Source: an uncultured Bacilli bacterium (GTDB taxonomy: Bacteria; Bacillota_I; Bacilli_A; RF39; UBA660). From it: a DNA stretch of 64,000 bases. The translations under genes and the position numbers were made by a program. The DNA is taken from the NCBI GenBank assembly GCA_944331715.1, contig CALVIP010000001.1, positions 11,067-75,066 of the forward strand, read 5' to 3'. The notes under the pieces were generated by a model. The model worked only from the letters and a program-made list of their open reading frames with translations. It ran no database searches and was not told the DNA's origin. This document shows positions 48,401 to 54,982 of this stretch, piece after piece. Every line of letters starts with the position of its first letter. The first letter of the stretch is position 1.

Positions 48401-49057
48401 GTCTTTAATGAACTCACGTATTTTATAAATACAGAAAGCAAAAAACGTAACTATTATTCCATATAATAAACTAGTAAATAAATAATTTATATAAATATTA
48501 ATTGATTTTACTTTAAAATTTAAAACCTTTAACACTTCGTTAATATTATTGTATGGTTCAAAAAATCCTTCAAAGAAATTAGGAGCAAAAATAAATAAGC
48601 AAATTAAAACAATCAAAACAAACACAAAAGTTTCAATAAACATATCAGATTTTGAATATTTTGTAAGTCTCTTAAATCTTGATTGCGGAACTTTTTCTTG
48701 ATCTGTTTGATATAGTAATTGTTGCAAAATACTTTTTTCTATTGTTTGATGATATTCTTCTGCTTTTCTTTTTCCAATATTTTCATTATTTTTTCCATAA
48801 GAACCTAGAGTTATATTTATATATTTTCTTTTATTTTTAAAATAAGTTTTTAAAAAACTACTTTTACCAGCACCATAATTCCCAAATATTGCAATATTAT
48901 GTATATCCTCATTTTCTAAACTATAATCTAATATTTCTGAATATTCGTCGATATCAGTTGCGTTTGATGTTGGAGCTAAATTAATAAAATCCTGATAGTT
49001 ATCTACCTTTTTTAATTTTTTCACTTCGTTCACTTCCTTACTACTAAAAAACGCCAA
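45446..49057 (-). CDS. KAP-family P-loop NTPase with TM helices inserted in the NTPase domain (YobI-like, ~1200 aa)
   Basis: Walker A GNYGAGKSS (aa 59-67). Two hydrophobic helices (aa ~140-160 and ~193-212). Walker B VVIFEDIDRF (261-270). About 900 aa of helical C-terminal region. The ORF-track start is TTG 49057; GTG 49024 behind AAGGAAG is a better candidate. Confidence 0.7.
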   Translation of the reverse strand: MAFFSSKEVNEVKKLKKVDNYQDFINLAPTSNATDIDEYSEILDYSLENEDIHNIAIFGNYGAGKSSFLKTYFKNKRKYINITLGSYGKNNENIGKRKAEEYHQTIEKSILQQLLYQTDQEKVPQSRFKRLTKYSKSDMFIETFVFVLIVLICLFIFAPNFFEGFFEPYNNINEVLKVLNFKVKSINIYINYLFTSLLYGIIVTFFAFCIYKIREFIKDNFYISKLKYKDAEIEINGKTESIFNKYLDEIIYFFQCSDYNVVIFEDIDRFNEALFIIEKLKELNYLLNTCSRIKRKISFIYAIKDDFFEKNTERTKFFDKTIPIIPVSSLSNSNEIIWDKFKSIYGEQENEMYYEIDKKFINNISIFVDDMRTINNIMADFILFSDKFIDKDLDNCKLMAMLFYKNLYPQKYALMLKGEGTLPNIIQNKNEIINKLTEKLKLDNDNLQTEIDNIQNEKLLNVLELKQVLIMNLVKLSSDTLNNYKLNFNNAECNVSEFLRDDFDIDKIKNTKMTFDKRSYPYANFNEEQIFDVFGGKRSYIERLDNLNGDKEAVIEEKQKEITLIEKNIRAIKEMSLKELIEKYGIDIITEELNDFEMFILKRGLVSSDYYDYITLFKEGNLTIQDMQFVKNVKKDSKMENYSYHLDNLNEIVNRLDIFDYSSDSILNFDLFDYIFDNKNKVESSVKNKILLQFEIITDEKLDFIDSYLEKSELSKSFINSLLLKKNNIWEKCYLKNSKNRDYIDKWVKIFLSNPKFLLNTDNTFISYISMHNKFYNLFSLLDDNHKETIIKQNIKFKNIDENCTKEFSDFILKNNLYEINENMLKLLLENTINSSEQFSNKFLTIIEDERLNIMKKNIYDNFDLYVDCVYDKLDNQSNDEDVILNILNNDNIDDNIKNKIIIKEKTKIKDLGKISSDYYECVLNNDLIDNNWNNVICLYNFIKDISEKLAGIINNIDSIEYVDLLDNPKDFLVNLINNKYISLNTLEKSINSFDCKISNLENINFEYKYDKLKIIITNNILELTLDNFNYIKSKSLDLLVLFINLNKEYYIENCDDFDIEDIANELVENIELDEDIKSILFENEVIKNTMLNVELLFNLAYDDKYNLRSDVSNDLIFSSNIEDSKKYSYLNKIKEEINIEVTNNYLCMINNGFDYIGVGNNNFSIDVDQNLLEILQKLKSENVISSFVLTKRNKIMVYNRKK

Positions 49058-49212
49058 TACAAAAACTTATATAACATAAGCCTGTACTAGCGCTTCCCTT
49101 TTATATATACTATTATAGCATAAATACTATTATTTTTATTATTAACTGACGCAATGACACACTTATTGTGAGTACCCTACACGCATTTATAGTGTCATAG
49201 TGTCATCTACTA

Positions 49213-49761
49213 TTACTCAAATATTATTTTTTCATTCTCATCAATAAATATTGCTTGATTATTTGTTAAATATATATCATCATTAGAATTAATTACTCCA
49301 TTAGGTGTTCCTTTATCTGAGTGTACATCTAATATATTTTCAATAAATCCAAGTCCATCTTTATATTTTCCACTAGCACAAACACTACCTGCACTAACGC
49401 CAATATAAATACCACCATTTTCTATATATTTATCTATAACTGGTTTTATATTTAATTCTTTAATTCTATCAACTAAATACTTTGTACTTCCTCCACAAAC
49501 ATATATTGCATCATATTTATTAATCTCTTCTTGTGATATTAATTTATGCATATCATAAACTGTTATATTATTATCTGTAATACCACATTTAGTTAAATCA
49601 TCTAAACATCCTGATAGTATTCTAACTGCATCTGGATCATTAGCTGCTGTTATTATAAAAAGTATTTTAGCATCTTTTACATCTACGTTTAATAATTCTA
49701 TAAATTTATTCATTATATTTTCATTATCAAAACCAGTACTTGTTAAAAGTATTTTTTTCAT
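49213..49761 (-). CDS. S51 (peptidase E)-fold / class I glutamine-amidotransferase-like hydrolase
   Basis: 182 aa. IYVCGGSTKYL and nucleophile elbow GVSAGS. TAATG overlap with the upstream gene. Confidence 0.65.
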   Translation of the reverse strand: MKKILLTSTGFDNENIMNKFIELLNVDVKDAKILFIITAANDPDAVRILSGCLDDLTKCGITDNNITVYDMHKLISQEEINKYDAIYVCGGSTKYLVDRIKELNIKPVIDKYIENGGIYIGVSAGSVCASGKYKDGLGFIENILDVHSDKGTPNGVINSNDDIYLTNNQAIFIDENEKIIFE

Positions 49762-50222
49762 TACTTCACCTTCTTATTTTCATTTTGAACTTCAACATAC
49801 ATTGTTGGTATGTTTGATTTTTTAATTTCTTCCTCTATTTTTTGTTGCATATTTTTAGCATTACTAAAGTCAGTATTTCTTAATTTAGTTCTTTCAAGTA
49901 ATAAATCATCATTAATATGTAGATACACTATCAAATCACAGTCCAATAAAACAGTTCCAAACATCGGTGTACCATGTTTAATACTTAATTTTGTCCTAAC
50001 AAGTTCATCCATCTTATTTCCTATTTCTTGAGTCCAAGGTGTTCTACAAACATATTCTGTTTCTTCTTCAGTTAGTAATGGAAATATTTCTTCATCCATG
50101 TCTAATCCTATATTTGTACCTTTTATTAAAGTTGTCTTACCTGTACAAGTAGCTCCTAAAACACATATTCTTTTGTCTCTATTTTCTTCAAATATTTCAA
50201 TTAATTGTTCTATATTAGACAT
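49761..50222 (-). CDS. small P-loop NTPase / nucleotide-kinase-like protein
   Basis: 153 aa. Walker A GATCTGKTT at aa 23-31. Confidence 0.55.
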   Translation of the reverse strand: MSNIEQLIEIFEENRDKRICVLGATCTGKTTLIKGTNIGLDMDEEIFPLLTEEETEYVCRTPWTQEIGNKMDELVRTKLSIKHGTPMFGTVLLDCDLIVYLHINDDLLLERTKLRNTDFSNAKNMQQKIEEEIKKSNIPTMYVEVQNENKKVK

Positions 50223-50271
50223 TTAAATCACCTACTTTTCTTTTTTATATTCTTCAACTTTCTTGTGATTA

Positions 50272-50958
50272 TTAAAGTTTGTTATTTAATTCATTTAAAT
50301 ACTTATTCATATAAAATGCTGTCTTATCTTTATTGTATTGCATTATATATCTTGGGTGTTCAAGAGCAACGATTCTTTTAAAATAGTGATTTTCTTCATT
50401 TAACTTCAATAAATATTGATAATTTTCTCCACTACCTATACAATAACATACTTCTCTGTTAATACCTATCTTTATAAGTTCATCTAAAGATTTTTTAATA
50501 AAATCATTTAGATAACTTTGTAATTTTCTGTTCTCATAATAATTAACATTGACTTCGTTATTTTTATTATTTATATTAACTATTCCTAGTGGACATACAA
50601 ATCCCAAAAAGAAATCACTATAAAATTTATCTATACCGCCATAGTTTTCCATAACATCATATAAAAAATTACTAGAATTCTTATTAATATAAAAATTATT
50701 TATACTTTCTCCAGTTAGTTTATATATATGTTCTTCATCTTCAAAAGGTATTCCAGTAGCAGATGTTCCTCTTCTCGCTGGTGATGCCCCCAATATCAAA
50801 TATCTATTATGATTATCATCAAAGTACTTATTATAGAATACCTCTACTATTTTTATTATCCTTTCCTGCTTATATGGATTAACAATTTTATATTTATCAA
50901 ATAATTCAATATTTTGTAAAGAAAGCCATTTATAATAATCAATAATTTTTTTGTTCAT
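50272..50958 (-). CDS. uracil-DNA glycosylase superfamily protein (SMUG2/DUF4918-like)
   Basis: LILGASPARRGTSATGIPFED (motif A-like, GxxPxxxGxxxTGIPF) and VALEHPRYIMQY (motif B-like HP). Confidence 0.55.
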   Translation of the reverse strand: MNKKIIDYYKWLSLQNIELFDKYKIVNPYKQERIIKIVEVFYNKYFDDNHNRYLILGASPARRGTSATGIPFEDEEHIYKLTGESINNFYINKNSSNFLYDVMENYGGIDKFYSDFFLGFVCPLGIVNINNKNNEVNVNYYENRKLQSYLNDFIKKSLDELIKIGINREVCYCIGSGENYQYLLKLNEENHYFKRIVALEHPRYIMQYNKDKTAFYMNKYLNELNNKL

Positions 50959-50959
50959 A

Positions 50960-51307
50960 TTATTCCCATGTTCTTTCTAAGTTAATTGTTTCTTTTCTTT
51001 TTAAGGCATCTAATAAATCAATATTATACTTATCTGCAATAGTTAATACATATATAAATACATCTGCTAATTCATCTTTTATATTTGAACTATATTTTTT
51101 ATTTATATCCATTTCCATGTTAGATTCATGTTTCCTTATTTCTTTTGCTAGCTCACCAACTTCTTCAGTTAAATAACATAATAATTCTAATGGAGTATTA
51201 TTATAATTATTTTCCTTAAGCATACATTTTATATAGTTTTGAATATCAGACATATTACTTGTTTCATTAAGTTTATTTAATTCTTCTCTTATTTTATCTT
51301 TTGTCAT
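50960..51307 (-). CDS. MazG-type all-alpha nucleoside-triphosphate pyrophosphohydrolase
   Basis: 115 aa. TEEVGELAKEIRK ... DELADVFIYVLTIADKYNIDL (ExxE...ExxD metal sites). Confidence 0.75.
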   Translation of the reverse strand: MTKDKIREELNKLNETSNMSDIQNYIKCMLKENNYNNTPLELLCYLTEEVGELAKEIRKHESNMEMDINKKYSSNIKDELADVFIYVLTIADKYNIDLLDALKRKETINLERTWE

Positions 51308-51380
51308 CTTTTACTCCTCACTTAATATCGCTTCTATTTCATATATTACTTTAGATAATTTATATTTTTTATTTTATAAA

Positions 51381-51914
51381 TCAATTACTTTTTGGTAATT
51401 TATCATAATCATACTTTTTTTCTGCTTCTTCCAATTCATCAAAAGCATATTTTATATCTTCAATAGCTTTATCAATTGTATATAAGCTGTCTTTATTATC
51501 TTTCATAATTTGTAAATGTTCCATAATATAAAATAATTTTTGTCTTGCATCACTTACTTTTCTTCTTTTTTGAGTATCAAAATCTAGCAATTCTAATTCA
51601 GATTCTTTGTATTTTTCAATTAATTCTTTTAAATCTTTGCTAGATTTATCAATATATTTGTCTTTACTCTTATGTGCATGAAAATACAAAGACATTTCAT
51701 CATATCCTGCTGCCTTTAATAGTTTCTGCAATGACATATCTAAAGTTTCAGCAATTTTACGTAGATCATCAATATCTACTTTTTTTATTTTCCCATTAAT
51801 TAAATCATTTAAAGTACTTCTACTAATACCAGTTAATTTAGCAAGTTCTCTTTGTGAAATACCTTTTGCCTCTCTAGCTGATTCAATTAAAATTTTAAGT
51901 TCTTCTGAGTTCAT
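51381..51914 (-). CDS. XRE/CI-like repressor of the integrative element
   Basis: ISQRELAKLTGISRSTLNDLINGK HTH. Probable start is the ATG at 51914. Divergent from the plus-strand module. Confidence 0.75.
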   Translation of the reverse strand: MNSEELKILIESAREAKGISQRELAKLTGISRSTLNDLINGKIKKVDIDDLRKIAETLDMSLQKLLKAAGYDEMSLYFHAHKSKDKYIDKSSKDLKELIEKYKESELELLDFDTQKRRKVSDARQKLFYIMEHLQIMKDNKDSLYTIDKAIEDIKYAFDELEEAEKKYDYDKLPKSN

Positions 51915-52002
51915 AATAACACTTCTTTCTTCCCTTTTTTCTCTCAACAATTTAATTTTAACATGTTTTTGTTTAAATGTCTAGTTTTTCGGTCAAACTG
52001 TA

Positions 52003-52058
52003 TTGACAATATTTCCGGACAGTGTTATATTTGAAATGTCCTTAATATCGGACACTAT
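52003..52058 (+). promoter_or_regulatory. rightward promoter with GGACA/TGTCC operator half-sites
   Basis: TTGACA (52003-52008), 17 nt, TATATT (52026-52031). CCGGACAGTG lies in the spacer. TGTCC-ttaatatc-GGACA at 52037-52054. A related TTCGGTCAAACTG lies upstream. Confidence 0.5.
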
Positions 52059-52078
52059 AAGGAAAGGAGGTTAAGAAT

Positions 52079-52339
52079 ATGAGATTGTTTAAGAAAGATA
52101 ATATAAATGATTACATAATTCCTAAAGATTTATCTATTGGAGCAACTGGTATGCTTAATTCATTATTAATCAGAACTAATGATGAACTTGAAAATACTGA
52201 TCTCTACTCTCTTAGTAATGATAGTAGAAAAGATGTTGCATTAGCATTTAGAGAATTAAGAAAGAAAAAATATATTATCTATAATTCATTAGATGATACA
52301 TATTACGTTTATGTATCACCACAAAAAAAAATAATATGA
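52079..52339 (+). CDS. hypothetical protein (86 aa), first gene of the rightward module
   Basis: Strong SD AAAGGAGG 8 nt upstream. Confidence 0.55.
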   Translation: MRLFKKDNINDYIIPKDLSIGATGMLNSLLIRTNDELENTDLYSLSNDSRKDVALAFRELRKKKYIIYNSLDDTYYVYVSPQKKII

Positions 52340-52354
52340 AAGGAGGAAAAATAT

Positions 52355-52606
52355 ATGTCTGCAGAAGAAACATTAAAATTAATAGCTAAGCAATGGTGCA
52401 CCCTAGAAGATATTATGAATCTTGGTCATCTTGGTAGGAATTCTGCACTAAAGGCTAAAAAGAAAATAAAAGACAAATTAGAAAAACAAGGTTATCTTAT
52501 TCCAAAGTCTGTTGTTCCAACTAAAGAAGTTGTAGCATTCTTTGATATAGATATACCTTATTTAGAATCTAGAGTTTCTAGTAAAGAATTAATTAAAAAT
52601 ATGTAA
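52355..52606 (+). CDS. hypothetical small protein (83 aa; possibly DNA-binding/excisionase-like)
   Basis: Strong SD AAAGGAGG. The position is typical of xis-like genes, but no motif was verified. Confidence 0.5.
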   Translation: MSAEETLKLIAKQWCTLEDIMNLGHLGRNSALKAKKKIKDKLEKQGYLIPKSVVPTKEVVAFFDIDIPYLESRVSSKELIKNM

Positions 52607-52621
52607 GAAAGGAGATACAAA

Positions 52622-53365
52622 TTGAAACAGATAAATGAATTAAATAAAAGCATAAAAAAAGATATCATCGTCGAAAACCTAATGATATCAAATGGAGTTT
52701 ATCTACTTGTATCTCATCCTAAGGTTGGCAAGTCAATGTTTGCTCAGCAACTTGCCTTCTCTCTTACTACTGGAGAAGATTTTTTAGGATTCAAAGTAAA
52801 TCCCTCTCATGTCTTATATATTACCACAGAGGGCGATATAAATCAATTAAATGACCGATTTAAATTGATGAAATTGAAACCTAACGTAAATAAACTACAC
52901 ATTATAGATATAGATGATATTCCAGATTTTTATATCAGAGATATTGAAAGAGATATTCATGAATTAACCTTTGATAAGGAACCTTTAGTTATAATAATAG
53001 ATATGTTTAAAGATATTAAATTTGATACTAGTTATGATTTAAACAATTATCAAGAAATTAATGATGTTGTATTTAAAAAATTAAAAGAACTATGCAGAAA
53101 ATATAATGCTACTTTACTTGTTACACATCACTTAAATAAAAGAGACGAAACTATGGGTAGTGTTGGATTAAATGCTGATGTATCAGGAATTATGAAATTA
53201 AAAGAATCTAAAAACAATTATAATAAACTAACTTTAGATTATAAAGGCAGAGATTTAGGTAGATTAGAATTAAATTTAAAAAGAAATGAAAATCAAACTT
53301 TTAGTGTTATAGATGAAAATACTGATGATGAAACCGATTATAATCTACTACTATTTATAAAATAG
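52622..53365 (+). CDS. RecA-fold AAA_25/RepA-like ATPase (replication/primase-helicase loader type); 3' end defined by the IS junction
   Basis: Walker A SHPKVGKSM, Walker B IIIIDMFKD, LLVTHHLNKRDE. TTG start behind AGGAG. The stop codon TAG (53363-53365) is built from IS terminal bases. Confidence 0.6.
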   Translation: MKQINELNKSIKKDIIVENLMISNGVYLLVSHPKVGKSMFAQQLAFSLTTGEDFLGFKVNPSHVLYITTEGDINQLNDRFKLMKLKPNVNKLHIIDIDDIPDFYIRDIERDIHELTFDKEPLVIIIDMFKDIKFDTSYDLNNYQEINDVVFKKLKELCRKYNATLLVTHHLNKRDETMGSVGLNADVSGIMKLKESKNNYNKLTLDYKGRDLGRLELNLKRNENQTFSVIDENTDDETDYNLLLFIK

Positions 53366-54391
53366 AGTTGTTCGGAAACTAAATTTAGGCAATATCTAAA
53401 TTAAAAAGAGCACAAACCAAAACTGCAAAATATGCAAAATATTTTAAGTTGTTTCTAAATTTAGTACTAAGTATTTTAAATCTTTTAATCCAAGAATTTG
53501 TATGTTCAATATAAATTCTTTCTTTTGCTAATTCTTTATTATATTCTTCTTCTTTCTCTGTTAATGGATGTTTTTTAGATTTTTTATATGGTGTGTTACC
53601 ATTAGTAATTTTATTAATTCCAATATATCCCAAATCTGCTGTATAAGTAATATTATCGGGACTACCTTCAAATGTTCTTTTAAATAAATGAAAATCATGT
53701 TCTTTTCCAGGACCTATTTGTATTTCATAAATAAAACCAGTATTTTTACCTTTAATTATCTGTATTTTCATTGTGTGATAATGTTTTTTACCAGAATACT
53801 TATCTTTTTGATTATATTTTGGCCTTAAAATTCTTATCTCAGTTACATCTAAAAGTCTATCTTCTGATGAATCAAATTTTGTATGATTTTTACCAAATAA
53901 AGTAAAGTTTTTGTTTAATAATAATACTTCTAACACTTCATGAACATAATCACAAACAACACTTTTAGGAAGGTCAAATTGAATACCATAATCTTCCATA
54001 GCATTATAATTTTTTATGTATAAAAGAAGAACAATAACTTTTTCTCTAGATTTAAAATTGCTTGGTCTGCCACCTTTTTTATGTCTTTCTCTGTATGCAT
54101 TTTCTACTGCTTCAACCATAACATTAAAGTCTTCTCTTTTAATTCCCATTAATCTTTTAAATTTTTTATTAGTTAGCTTTGCTAATTTTTCTTCACTATA
54201 TTGATCCATTTTTATTCTTTTTACCTCAAAATAACCTTTATGGAACAACTATAGGAATCATTATTGGTTAAACATGATTAGTTGCTCCATAAAGGCTACT
54301 TTCTTAATTCCTACCTCATGTCTAACCAATATTAATTTATCACATTTTTATAATTTTGTTAACCCCTTTTTAGAGGTTTCCGAACAACTCT
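53364..54391 (-). mobile_element. IS5-superfamily (DDE_Tnp_4 / PIF-Harbinger-like) insertion sequence, 1028 bp
   Basis: 16-bp perfect terminal inverted repeats: AGAGTTGTTCGGAAAC (53364-53379) and GTTTCCGAACAACTCT (54376-54391). Flanked by AAT on both sides (53361-53363 and 54392-54394). Confidence 0.75.
53385..54248 (-). CDS. DDE transposase (HTH_Tnp_4 + DDE_Tnp_4 type)
   Basis: 287-aa ORF (probable start ATG 54209, MDQYSEEKLAKL...). GGRPSNF, LLDVTEIRILRP, ADLGYIG, RIYIEHTNSWIKRFKIL are typical of this family. Confidence 0.75.
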   Translation of the reverse strand: MFHKGYFEVKRIKMDQYSEEKLAKLTNKKFKRLMGIKREDFNVMVEAVENAYRERHKKGGRPSNFKSREKVIVLLLYIKNYNAMEDYGIQFDLPKSVVCDYVHEVLEVLLLNKNFTLFGKNHTKFDSSEDRLLDVTEIRILRPKYNQKDKYSGKKHYHTMKIQIIKGKNTGFIYEIQIGPGKEHDFHLFKRTFEGSPDNITYTADLGYIGINKITNGNTPYKKSKKHPLTEKEEEYNKELAKERIYIEHTNSWIKRFKILSTKFRNNLKYFAYFAVLVCALFNLDIA

Positions 54392-54706
54392 AATGGAAAA
54401 AAGAAGCACTATGGCTTCAATGACAAATGGTTTATCTTCGGTGAACACGAACCATTAACTTTCGGAATGATGTCTAGAATTAATGGTAGAATTGCTAAAA
54501 ATGCAGATATTCGAAGAATTCCACTACACTCTTTTAGACATAGTTGTGCATCTCTACTAATTAATACTGGACAACCTGTAACAACAGTATCTAAGTATTT
54601 AGGACATGCTAGTACTAAAGAAACATTAGATACCTATGCTCATATGTTTCCAAATAATCTTACTAATGTAAAAAATACCATAGATAATTTAAATCTAGGT
54701 ATTTAA
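54392..54706 (+). pseudogene. C-terminal ~100-aa fragment of a tyrosine recombinase/integrase
   Basis: The frame is open from the IS junction: ...RIPLHSFRHSCASLLINTGQPVTTVSKYLGHASTKETLDTYAHMF (box II with the HxxR, H and catalytic Y). The N-terminal ~270 aa are missing. Confidence 0.75.
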
Positions 54707-54728
54707 ATAAGCTTAAATAAAAAATAAA

Positions 54729-54778
54729 TTTGGTATCTGAAAAAAGATTTTTGGTATCTGGCTTGGTATCTAGAAAAA
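54729..54778. repeat. three direct TTGGTATCT repeats (arm-type integrase-site-like); the last is part of the 16-mer shared with 45416-45431
   Basis: TTGGTATCT at 54730-54738, 54751-54759 and 54763-54771, immediately downstream of the integrase fragment. Confidence 0.6.
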
Positions 54779-54803
54779 ATTAAAAACCTCAGAAACCCTT
54801 ATA

Positions 54804-54843
54804 AAACAAAAAGTGTTCCCTCTTTCGAGGGAACTTCAGGGGG
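54804..54843 (-). terminator. recG terminator with a CCCCCUGAAG 5' flank
   Basis: Minus strand CCCCCUGAAG-UUCCCUC-gaaa-GAGGGAA-CACUUUUUGUUUU. Confidence 0.65.
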
Positions 54844-54982
54844 TTCGGTTGAATATAAATCCACACTTAGATCGTGGACTATATCACCATGATAAGCAAA
54901 TAAACTTATCATGTACATTAATCATATCTAAAAATTCCCAACTTGTCAATTTGATTTTGAAAATTTTAGAAAAATTTTACAA

